Of a stretch of DNA of 64,000 nt, positions 20,148 to 28,829 are shown in pieces. The DNA comes from Alphaproteobacteria bacterium. GTDB taxonomy: Bacteria > Pseudomonadota > Alphaproteobacteria > MPNO01. The stretch lies in NCBI GenBank assembly GCA_964291675.2, contig OZ219866.1, forward strand, positions 896,001 to 960,000, read 5' to 3'. Each line of letters begins with the position of its first letter. Positions within the stretch are counted from its first letter, which is position 1. The notes below the pieces were generated by a model, which was not told the origin of the DNA, did not search any database, and saw nothing but the letters and a program-made list of their open reading frames with translations. Made by a program: the position numbers and the translations under genes.

Positions 20148-20996
20148 TCAGCCGAGCAGGTCGGCGGCGACGTGACGGCGCAGCGCGGCGTCGACCTCGG
20201 GCTCGGCGCCGTACCAGGCGGCGAAGCCCGGGCGGGCCTGATGAAGCAGCATCTCCAGACCGTCCACGGCGCGGCAGCCGCGCGCCCGCGCGGCCGCGAG
20301 CAGGGGCGTCTCCAGAGGGGTGTAGACGATATCGTTGACCACCGCTTCCGCCGGCAGCCCGTCCAGGCGCAGCTCCAGCGGCGCGCCGCCCGCCATGCCG
20401 AGCGCCGTCGTGTTGACCAGCAATGCGGCGCCGTCGAGCGCGGCCTCGCGCTCGTCCCAATCGACCGCGACCAGCGGCGCGCCGAAGCGCTCGCAGAGCG
20501 CGTCCGCCCGCGCCCGCGTACGGTTGACCAGCCTGATCTCGCCCGCCCCCTCGTCCTGGAGGGCCGCGACGATCGCGCGCGCCGCACCGCCGGCCCCGAG
20601 CACGGCGGCCGCGATCCCCGCCCCCGACCACGCCCCGAGGCGGCTGCGCAGGGCCTCGACGAAGCCGAACGCGTCGGTGTTGGAGCCCGACAGCGAGCCG
20701 TCGCCGCGCACCAGGACCGTGTTCACCGCGCCGATGCGCCGGGCGATGGCGTCGGCCTCGTCGACGGCGGCAAACGCGGCTTCCTTGTGCGGGATGGTGA
20801 CGTTGGTCCCGGCGAAGCCGAGAGCCGGCAGCGCACGCAGCGCCTCGCCCAGCCGGTCGGGCGGTACCGCCAGGGGGATGTAGGCGCCGTCGATGCCGGC
20901 CCGCGCCAGCCAGAAATTGTGCAAGAGCGGCGAGCGCGAATGCCCGACCGGCCAGCCCATCACGCCGGCAATGACCGCCTTCCCCGAAATCGTCAT
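20148..20996 (-). CDS. aroE: Shikimate dehydrogenase
   Basis: HSRSP, NVTIPHK and GAGGAARA. Confidence 0.96.
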   Translation of the reverse strand: MTISGKAVIAGVMGWPVGHSRSPLLHNFWLARAGIDGAYIPLAVPPDRLGEALRALPALGFAGTNVTIPHKEAAFAAVDEADAIARRIGAVNTVLVRGDGSLSGSNTDAFGFVEALRSRLGAWSGAGIAAAVLGAGGAARAIVAALQDEGAGEIRLVNRTRARADALCERFGAPLVAVDWDEREAALDGAALLVNTTALGMAGGAPLELRLDGLPAEAVVNDIVYTPLETPLLAAARARGCRAVDGLEMLLHQARPGFAAWYGAEPEVDAALRRHVAADLLG

Positions 20997-21000
20997 CGCT

Positions 21001-21627
21001 TCATTCTGCTATCGCGCCCCGGCGCCGCAGATAAGCCATCAAGGCGAGCAGCGGCAAGCCGAGGATCGTCGGCCAGTCGCCCTCGATCGCCTCGAAGAGC
21101 TGGATCCCCGGCCCCTCCACCCGGTAGGCGCCGGGCCCCGCGAGCGCGGCGTCGCCGATGCGGTCGAGATATCCCGCCGCGAATGCCGCGCCGAAATTTC
21201 GCATGGTGAGTCGCGCCTCCCCGGTCCGCCGCCAGACGGGGCTGCCGTCCTCGGCGATGCAGGCCGCGCTCAGCAATCGGTGGGTCCGCCCGGCGAGCGC
21301 GGCAAGCTGTTCCGCCGCCGCCGCTCTGTTCGCCGGCTTGTCGAACACGCGCTCGCCCAGGATCAGCACCTGGTCGGCACCGAGCACCAGCCTCCCCGGC
21401 CGGGCGACGCTCCGCGCCTTCTCCTCGGCCAGGCGCTCGGCGAGATCCGGGCCGTCGATGCCGGCGCCGCGAAGCTCGCCCTTGACACTCTCTTCGTCGA
21501 TGCCGGGCGGGACGATCTCGACCGGTACGCCGGCATCGCGCAGCAGCCGGGCCCGGGTCGGGCTGGCGGAGGCGAGGACGAGCCGCGCCTCGCGGCCCCG
21601 CTCAGCCGCCGCTGCCGTTCCCGTCAT
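21001..21627 (-). CDS. maf: Maf-family nucleotide pyrophosphatase
   Basis: LASASPTR, GADQ and ILGLPL. Confidence 0.92.
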   Translation of the reverse strand: MTGTAAAAERGREARLVLASASPTRARLLRDAGVPVEIVPPGIDEESVKGELRGAGIDGPDLAERLAEEKARSVARPGRLVLGADQVLILGERVFDKPANRAAAAEQLAALAGRTHRLLSAACIAEDGSPVWRRTGEARLTMRNFGAAFAAGYLDRIGDAALAGPGAYRVEGPGIQLFEAIEGDWPTILGLPLLALMAYLRRRGAIAE

Positions 21628-22444
21628 CCGCCGCCATCCGGTGCTTGCGGTAGAGCTGGTAGATCGCCGTCGCCGTCTCCTCGATGGACCGCCGGGTCAC
21701 GTCTATCGCCGGCCAGCCCTGCTCGGCGAAGAGCCGTTTCGCGACCAGCACCTCGTCCTTGACCGCCTCGATATCCGCGTATTCGCCCAAAACTTCCTGG
21801 CGAAGCATCAGAAGCCTGTTGCGCCGCACCTGCACGAGACGTTCGGACGCCGCGGTGAGGCCGACGCAGAACGGGTTCTTCAGCCGGAACAGCTCGGCGG
21901 GCAGGTCGATCCCCGGGACGACCGGGACGTTCGCCGCCTTGATGCCCCAATGGTTGGCGAGATAGATCGAGGTCGGCGTCTTCGACGTCCGCGACACGCC
22001 GATCAGCACGATGTCCGCCTCCTCCAGGCTCCAGGCGTTCTGCCCGTCGTCATGCGACAGCACAAAGTTCATCGCCTCCATGCGGTCGAAATATTCGGCG
22101 CTGAGCAGGTGCTGACCGCCCGGCCGGCCGCTCTGCTTGCGATGGAAATAGCGTGCCATCGCCTCGATCACCGGATCGATCACCGAGACGCAGGGGAGGT
22201 TCAGGTTGCGGCACTCCTCCTGCAGCGCGCTCCGCGTCGTGTCGTTGACCAGGGTGAAGATCACCACCCCCGGCTCCCGCCGGATCCCCTCAATCACCCT
22301 GGCGAGCGCGTCCGGGGTACGCACCATCGGCCATAGATGCTGATCCACGTCGACGCCCTCGAACTGCGCCATGCAGGCGCGGACGACGCCCTGGGTGGTC
22401 TCGCCTGTCGAGTCGGACACCAGATGCAGGTTGTACTCGGCCAT
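21602..22444 (-). CDS. Pyruvate phosphate dikinase regulatory protein (DUF299)
   Basis: SDSTGET and GVSRTSKTP. Confidence 0.95.
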   Translation of the reverse strand: MAEYNLHLVSDSTGETTQGVVRACMAQFEGVDVDQHLWPMVRTPDALARVIEGIRREPGVVIFTLVNDTTRSALQEECRNLNLPCVSVIDPVIEAMARYFHRKQSGRPGGQHLLSAEYFDRMEAMNFVLSHDDGQNAWSLEEADIVLIGVSRTSKTPTSIYLANHWGIKAANVPVVPGIDLPAELFRLKNPFCVGLTAASERLVQVRRNRLLMLRQEVLGEYADIEAVKDEVLVAKRLFAEQGWPAIDVTRRSIEETATAIYQLYRKHRMAADDGNGSGG

Positions 22445-22859
22445 GGCATTCCTTCGCTCCGCCGCTCCGGGACTATTGCGGGAATCGCCGGGACAATTGG
22501 GCAGATTCTCCGACCCGCGCTAAATCCATCCCCGAACACCCCGTTCGTTCCGCCCGCTTGCGCACGGCCCCGACAAGATTCCACATGTGGCAGACAGTTT
22601 CACCCTGTCCCTGAAATCCCCATGTTGTTCCGTCCACGGAACTTGGCCAGCTCTTTGATTTCATTGAACTACCTGCGCTGTTCCCCGTATTCCAACGAGC
22701 AGGAAGCCCTTTTCCACGACTCTCGCACCCGGGGGAAAACACGAAGCGCAATCAATAATCCTCACTATTTGGCCCTCCATCAAACACAACAACCTGATTC
22801 TGATTCTTGCAGTAGATTCGACGGGACGAACAAACCTTCCCCTCCAACGCCGGTTCATC
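22445..22859. other. Candidate chromosomal replication origin (oriC)
   Basis: AT-richer gap between DUF299 and hemE (the Caulobacter/rhizobial origin context); 7 GANTC sites; degenerate DnaA boxes (TTTTCCACG 22710-22718, GATTCCACA 22577-22585). Confidence 0.65.
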
Positions 22860-23900
22860 GTGCCCACGAACGACAAGCCGCTGCTAGCTGCCCTATCCGG
22901 CCAGACAACCGGGTCGCCGCCGATCTGGCTGATGCGCCAGGCCGGGCGTCATCTGCCCGAGTATCGGGCGCTCCGTGAGCAGGCTTCGTCGTTCCTGGAT
23001 TTCTGCTACACGCCCGAGCTTGCGGTCGAAGCGTCGTTGCAGCCCGTGCGGCGCTATCCGCTCGACGCGGCGATCGTGTTCTCCGACATCCTGGTCATCC
23101 CGGATGCGCTCGGCCAGCGGGTCTGGTTCGAGCCGGGCAAGGGGCCGAAGCTCGATCCCGTGCTGACGGCGGGCGAGATCGACCGGTTGAATCCGAACCG
23201 GCTGACGAAGCGGCTCGAGCCGGTCTACGAGACGGTCGCGAGGGTGCGCGAAGAGCTGCCCGCGGGAACCGCGCTGATCGGCTTTGCCGGCGCGCCCTGG
23301 ACCATCGCGACCTACATGATCGAGGGAGGCACGAGCCGCGATCATGAGCGGGCGCGCGGGCTCGCCTATCGTGCTCCTCACATCGTCGAGCGCCTGATCG
23401 AAATCCTGACGGCGGCGGCGGTCGAGCATCTGCTCGCCCAGGTTCGCGCCGGCGCCGAAGCGGTCCAGATCTTCGATAGCTGGGCCGGCGCCTTGCCGGC
23501 GACGCTTCGCGAACGCTATTCGCTGCGTCCGGTCGCCGAGATCGCGGCGCGGATCGGCGAGGCCTGTCCCGGGGTGCCGGTGATCGCCTTCCCGCGCGGC
23601 GTCGGCAGCGCGTATGCGGACTATGCCGCGCTGGCCGGGATTGCCGCGGTCTCGATCGACCAGACCGTCGATCCGCGCTGGGCGGCGTCGGCGGTGCAGC
23701 CGTATGCCGCGGTCCAGGGCAATCTCGATCCGGTCCTGCTGGCGGCCGGCGGGCAGGCGATGGACGAGGCCGTCGACGGCATTCTCGCGGCGCTCGGCGG
23801 CGGGCCGTTCGTATTCAATCTCGGCCACGGCGTGGTGCCCAACACGCCGCCGGCGCATGTCGAGACATTGATTGCCCGGGTGAAGGGGAACGCGGCTTGA
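22860..23900 (+). CDS. hemE: Uroporphyrinogen decarboxylase
   Basis: WLMRQAGR, FSDIL and FNLGHG. Confidence 0.97.
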   Translation: MPTNDKPLLAALSGQTTGSPPIWLMRQAGRHLPEYRALREQASSFLDFCYTPELAVEASLQPVRRYPLDAAIVFSDILVIPDALGQRVWFEPGKGPKLDPVLTAGEIDRLNPNRLTKRLEPVYETVARVREELPAGTALIGFAGAPWTIATYMIEGGTSRDHERARGLAYRAPHIVERLIEILTAAAVEHLLAQVRAGAEAVQIFDSWAGALPATLRERYSLRPVAEIAARIGEACPGVPVIAFPRGVGSAYADYAALAGIAAVSIDQTVDPRWAASAVQPYAAVQGNLDPVLLAAGGQAMDEAVDGILAALGGGPFVFNLGHGVVPNTPPAHVETLIARVKGNAA

Positions 23901-24934
23901 ACGAACGCGTTGCCGTGGTTCTGTTCAATCTCGGCGGTCCCGACCGCCTCGAAGCGGTCGGGCCGTTCCTGTTCAACCTGTTCAACGATCCGGCGATCAT
24001 GCGCCGCAGGCAGCCATTGCGCTGGTTGCTCGCGAGGCTGATCGCCTGGCGCAGGCGGGGCGCGGCTAAGGAGATCTACCGAAGCCTCGGCGGCGGGTCT
24101 CCTCTGCTACGGCAAACCGAGGCGCAGGCGTCGGCGCTGCAACGGGAGCTGGCCGATCCCGGCATCGGGGTCTTCGTGAGCATGCGCTACTGGCACCCCC
24201 GCGCGGCGGAGACGGTGCACGCGGTGAAGCGTTTCGACCCCGGAAGGGTCGTGCTGCTGCCTCTCTACCCGCAGTTCTCGTCGACCACGACGGCGTCTTC
24301 CTTCCGCGAGTGGCGGCAGGAGGCGGCCGGCATGCTCGCCGTGCCGACGGCGCGCATCTGTTGCTATCCCGAAGATCCGGGTTTCGTTGCGGCACAGGCC
24401 GCGCGCATCCGCGAGATCCTCGACCGCTGGGAAGGGCCGGAGCCCAGGATCCTCTATTCCGCCCATGGCCTGCCGAAGGCCTTCGTCGAGGCCGGCGATC
24501 CCTACCGATCACAGGTCGAGCGCAGCGTGGCTGCGATAAGCGAGACGCTGGGGAGGCCGGATCTCGACCGGGTGATCTGCTACCAGAGCAGGGTCGGTCC
24601 GCTCGAATGGATCGGCCCCTACACGGACCGCGAGATCGAGCGCGCCGGCGCTGAAGGAAGGCCGGTCGTCGTCGTGCCGGTCGCCTTCGTCTCGGAGCAT
24701 TCGGAAACCCTGGTCGAGCTCGACAGGGAGTATCGGGACCTCGCGCGGGCCTGCGGGGTGCCGCGCTACGAGCGGGCGGGGACCGTCGGGACCCACCCTG
24801 CCTTCGTCGCGGGTCTGGCTGGGCTGGTGTGCCGGGCGATGGGCTGCGGCGAAACGACGCTGCCCGGCTCGGGAGGGCAGATCTGCGAGCCGGGTGCGGG
24901 CGACTGCCCGGTCCGGCCGGCCGGCGTGCCATGA
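23897..24934 (+). CDS. hemH: Ferrochelatase
   Basis: NLGGP, PLYPQFS, SAHGLP and EHSETLVELD. Confidence 0.97.
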   Translation: MNERVAVVLFNLGGPDRLEAVGPFLFNLFNDPAIMRRRQPLRWLLARLIAWRRRGAAKEIYRSLGGGSPLLRQTEAQASALQRELADPGIGVFVSMRYWHPRAAETVHAVKRFDPGRVVLLPLYPQFSSTTTASSFREWRQEAAGMLAVPTARICCYPEDPGFVAAQAARIREILDRWEGPEPRILYSAHGLPKAFVEAGDPYRSQVERSVAAISETLGRPDLDRVICYQSRVGPLEWIGPYTDREIERAGAEGRPVVVVPVAFVSEHSETLVELDREYRDLARACGVPRYERAGTVGTHPAFVAGLAGLVCRAMGCGETTLPGSGGQICEPGAGDCPVRPAGVP

Positions 24935-25377
24935 CCTGGCTCGCCGATGCCTATCCCTGGCTGCTCGCCCTGCACATCGTCGCGGTGATCGCCTGGATGG
25001 CCGGGATGCTCTATCTGCCGCGGCTCTACGTCTATCACAGCGAGCGCGAACCGGGCGGCGAAGCGGACGAGATGCTCAAGGTCATGGAGCGCCGGCTGCT
25101 GCGGCTGATCGTCAACCCCGCGATGTTGCTGGTCTTTTTCACCGGCGGGTTGCTGCTGCTCGCCCCCGGTGTCGTCGATTGGGCGTCCGGCTGGGTCTAC
25201 GCCAAGCTGGCGCTGGTGCTTGCGCTGTCCGCCGTGCACGGGGCGTTCGCCGCCTGGCGGCGCGGGTTCGCGGAGGGGCGCAACCGGCGCTCCGCGCGGT
25301 TCTACCGGGCGGTCAACGAGATACCCACCGTGCTGATGATCGCGATCGTGGTCCTGGTCGTGGTGAAGCCGTTCTGA
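24931..25377 (+). CDS. hemJ: Protoporphyrinogen oxidase HemJ
   Basis: WMAGMLYLPRL, MERRL, NEIP and VVKPF. Confidence 0.95.
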   Translation: MTWLADAYPWLLALHIVAVIAWMAGMLYLPRLYVYHSEREPGGEADEMLKVMERRLLRLIVNPAMLLVFFTGGLLLLAPGVVDWASGWVYAKLALVLALSAVHGAFAAWRRGFAEGRNRRSARFYRAVNEIPTVLMIAIVVLVVVKPF

Positions 25378-25573
25378 CCCGGCGGGCGGGGCCGCAATCG
25401 AGGTTTGACTCCGCCTCGCCCATTCGCTAAGTGGTAGTGGCCAAGTTCGCCCCGACGCGTTCACCATCCCGCCGGAAAAAACAAACGAGCTCGCGAGGGC
25501 GGCCCGCTCGTTTTCGTTCATCGCTTCGTGTGCGAGAGCGAAGACCAACCGCTTCCAACCAACCGGTAATCCA

Positions 25574-26830
25574 ATGAATCTGCAAGAACTGAAGCAGAAG
25601 TCGCCGGCCGACTTGCTCAACTACGCCGAAGAGCTGGAGATCGAGAACGCATCGACGCTGCGCAAGCAGGACATGATGTTCGCGATCCTCAAGCAGCTCG
25701 CCGAGAACGATGTCGTCATCTCGGGCAATGGCGTGCTGGAGATCCTGCAGGACGGCTTCGGCTTCCTGCGCTCGCCGGAGGCGAACTATCTGCCTGGCCC
25801 GGACGACATTTACGTTTCGCCGAGCCAGATCCGGCGTTTCGGGCTCAGGACGGGGGACACCGTCGAGGGGCAGATCCGCTCGCCCAAGGACGGCGAGCGG
25901 TATTTCGCGCTGCTCAAGGTGAATTTGATCAATTTCGACGAGCCGGAACGCATCCGCCACCGGATCAATTTCGACAACCTCACCCCGCTCTATCCCGAAG
26001 AGAAGATCGGCCTCGAGGTCGACGATCCGACGCGCAAGGACCTGACCACCCGCATCATCGACCTGATCACGCCGCTCGGCAAGGGCCAGCGGGCGCTGAT
26101 CGTCGCGCCGCCGCGCACCGGCAAGACCATGATGCTGCAGGGCATCGCGCATTCGATCAGCGCGAATCACCCCGAGGCCTATCTCATCGTGCTGCTGATC
26201 GACGAGCGTCCCGAGGAAGTCACCGACATGCAGCGCTCGGTGAGGGGCGAGGTGGTCAGCTCGACCTTCGACGAGCCGGCGTCGCGGCACGTCCAGGTCG
26301 CCGAGATGGTCATCGAGAAGGCCAAGCGCCTGGTCGAGCACAAGCGCGACGTGGTGATCCTGCTCGATTCGATCACCCGGCTCGCGCGGGCCTACAACAC
26401 CGTCGTGCCGAGCTCCGGCAAGGTGCTGACCGGCGGCGTCGACGCCAACGCGCTGCAGCGCCCCAAGCGGTTCTTCGGCGCGGCGCGCAATATCGAAGAA
26501 GGCGGCTCTCTCACCATCATCTCGTCGGCGCTGATCGACACCGGCTCGCGCATGGACGAGGTGATCTTCGAGGAGTTCAAGGGCACCGGCAATTCCGAGA
26601 TCGTGCTCGACCGCAAGCTCGCCGACAAGCGCACCTGGCCGGCGATGGACATCGCCAAGTCGGGCACCCGCAAGGAAGAGCTGCTGGTCGACCGCGGCAC
26701 GCTGTCGAAGATGTGGGTGCTCAGGCGCATCCTCACCCCGATGGGCGTGACCGACTCGATGGAGTTCCTGATCGACAAGATCAAGGACACCAAGAACAAC
26801 CCGGACTTCTTCGAGGCGATGAACCAGTAG
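25574..26830 (+). CDS. rho: Transcription termination factor Rho
   Basis: [16 protein letters not shown] and FEEFKGTGN. Confidence 0.99.
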   Translation: MNLQELKQKSPADLLNYAEELEIENASTLRKQDMMFAILKQLAENDVVISGNGVLEILQDGFGFLRSPEANYLPGPDDIYVSPSQIRRFGLRTGDTVEGQIRSPKDGERYFALLKVNLINFDEPERIRHRINFDNLTPLYPEEKIGLEVDDPTRKDLTTRIIDLITPLGKGQRALIVAPPRTGKTMMLQGIAHSISANHPEAYLIVLLIDERPEEVTDMQRSVRGEVVSSTFDEPASRHVQVAEMVIEKAKRLVEHKRDVVILLDSITRLARAYNTVVPSSGKVLTGGVDANALQRPKRFFGAARNIEEGGSLTIISSALIDTGSRMDEVIFEEFKGTGNSEIVLDRKLADKRTWPAMDIAKSGTRKEELLVDRGTLSKMWVLRRILTPMGVTDSMEFLIDKIKDTKNNPDFFEAMNQ

Positions 26831-26849
26831 GCCGCGGCTGCGCCCCGCC

Positions 26850-27045
26850 CATGGATGCCCGGATCAAGTCCGGGCATGACGGGGGGAAGGCATGGCGATG
26901 CGGCGAGCCGCACCACCCAGCGCTCCCTTTCCCCTTCGCTACCCCCGCCCCGGCCCTGGATGCCCGGAACGAGTCCGGGCATGACGAAGGGGGTGTCGGC
27001 ACGGCCCCCACCCCGTCATGGCCGGACTTGATCCGGCCATCCATC
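26850..27045. repeat. Three REP-like palindromes downstream of rho
   Basis: GGATGCCCGGATCAAGTCCGGGCATGAC, a variant of it, and an inverted copy GTCATGGCCGGACTTGATCCGGCCATCC. Confidence 0.88.
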
Positions 27046-27079
27046 CGGGGCCAGCCGTGACGGTGGCGAGAAAGCCCGG

Positions 27080-28054
27080 CTATGGGACCAGGATCGTCGA
27101 GCCCGTCGTCTTGCGGCCTTCCAGATCGCGATGCGCCTTGGCCGCGTCCTTGAGCGCGTAGGTCTGGTTGATCCCGATCTCCACCGCGCCGCCGCGCACC
27201 GCCCGGAAAAGGTCGTTCGCCGTCGTCGTCAAATCCTTGCGCGAGGCGGTGTAGTGCGGCAGCGAGGGCCGGGTCAGGAACAGCGAGCCCTTGGCGGCCA
27301 GCATCCCGGTCTCGAAGGGGGGCACCGGGCCCGAGGCGTTGCCGAAGCTCACCATCAGCCCGCGCGGGGAGAGGCAGTCGAGCGATCCCTCGAAGGTCTG
27401 CTTGCCGACCGAATCGTAGACCACCGGCACCCCCGCACCCTTGGTGATGCGGCGGACCCGGTCGGTGAAGTCCTGCTCGGTATAGACGATCGCATGGTCG
27501 CAGCCATGCGCGCGGGCGAGCTTCGCCTTCTGCCGGCTGCCGACGGTGCCGATCACGGTTGCGCCGAGATGCTTGGCCCACTGGCACAGGATCAGCCCGA
27601 CCCCGCCCGCCGCGGCATGGACCAGGATGGTGTCGCCCTTCCCGACCCGGTAGGTCTCGCGGATCAGGTAGCGCACCGTCATGCCCTGCAGCATCATCGC
27701 CGCCGCGGTCTCGTCCGAGATTCCGCGCGGGATCTTCACCACCCGGTCGGCCGGGATCAGCCGTTCCTCCGAATAGGCGCCGAGCGGCGTGGTCGCATAG
27801 GCCACCCGGTCGCCCGCCTTGAGGTCGGTTACGCCGCGGCCGAGCGCCTCGACGACGCCCGCCCCCTCCATGCCGAGCGTCAGCGGCAGCGGAAGCTGGT
27901 AGAGCCCGGAGCGGTGATAGACGTCGATGTAGTTGAGGCCGACGGCGGTATGGCGGATGCGGACCTCGCCCTTCCCGGGATCGCCGATCTCGACGTCCCG
28001 CCACTTCATCGCCGAGGCGGGGCCCGGCTTGTCGATCTGGATCGCTCGCGGCAT
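27080..28054 (-). CDS. qor: NADPH:quinone oxidoreductase (MDR family)
   Basis: GLNYIDVY, HAAAGGVG, YDSVGK and KGSLFLTRP. Confidence 0.9.
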   Translation of the reverse strand: MPRAIQIDKPGPASAMKWRDVEIGDPGKGEVRIRHTAVGLNYIDVYHRSGLYQLPLPLTLGMEGAGVVEALGRGVTDLKAGDRVAYATTPLGAYSEERLIPADRVVKIPRGISDETAAAMMLQGMTVRYLIRETYRVGKGDTILVHAAAGGVGLILCQWAKHLGATVIGTVGSRQKAKLARAHGCDHAIVYTEQDFTDRVRRITKGAGVPVVYDSVGKQTFEGSLDCLSPRGLMVSFGNASGPVPPFETGMLAAKGSLFLTRPSLPHYTASRKDLTTTANDLFRAVRGGAVEIGINQTYALKDAAKAHRDLEGRKTTGSTILVP

Positions 28055-28067
28055 GTCTCGGCCTCCC

Positions 28068-28763
28068 CTAAGCCAGATGGGCCTTGAAGAATTCGGCCGT
28101 GCGCCCGTTCGCAAGCTCGGCCGCCGCCCGGTCGTAATGCTCCCCGCCGATGCGGGCGAAGGCGTGGTCGACCCCGGGATAGACATGGACGGTGAACAGC
28201 GCGTTGCCGGCGAGCGCGTCCTGGATCGTCTTCTGCGCCTCGGGCGGGCAGTAGTCGTCCTCCGCGGCGATGTGCAGCATGGCCGGTTTCGATGCGCCTT
28301 CCGCCTTGTCCATGTTGCCCTCGATCTGCACCGGGTAGTAGCCGACCGAGGCGTCGGAATCGGTGAAGCAGGCCGACATGTAGGCGAGGCTTCCGCCCAT
28401 GCAGTAGCCGACCGTGCCGACCTTGCCGGAACACCCGCCGAGGCCGCGCACATGGCCGATGGTGGCGGCGATGTCGGCCACCCCCTTCTCGAAGTCGAAG
28501 CCCTGGAGGTAGCCGAACGCCTTCTCCCACTCCGCCTCGGTCTTGTCGGTGAGCTGGACGCCCGGCTCCTGGCGCCAGAACAGGTCGGGCGCGCAGGCGA
28601 TGTAGCCGTCCGCCGCGAGGCCGTCGCAGATGTCCCGCATGACCCGGTTGACGCCAAAAATCTCCTGGATGACGACGACGCCCGGCCCCGAGCCGGATGA
28701 CGGGCTGGCGAGGTAGGCGCCGAAGCTGCCGCCGTCCGAGGCGGCGATGGTGATGTCAGGCAT
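28068..28763 (-). CDS. Dienelactone hydrolase family protein
   Basis: QEIFGVN, GYCMGG nucleophile and HAF. Confidence 0.92.
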   Translation of the reverse strand: MPDITIAASDGGSFGAYLASPSSGSGPGVVVIQEIFGVNRVMRDICDGLAADGYIACAPDLFWRQEPGVQLTDKTEAEWEKAFGYLQGFDFEKGVADIAATIGHVRGLGGCSGKVGTVGYCMGGSLAYMSACFTDSDASVGYYPVQIEGNMDKAEGASKPAMLHIAAEDDYCPPEAQKTIQDALAGNALFTVHVYPGVDHAFARIGGEHYDRAAAELANGRTAEFFKAHLA

Positions 28764-28829
28764 GTCCGGTTCTCCCCCAAACGGTTGCTGGCCGATTGCC
28801 CGGCAAGATAGCCGCGCGGCCCGGACGAG

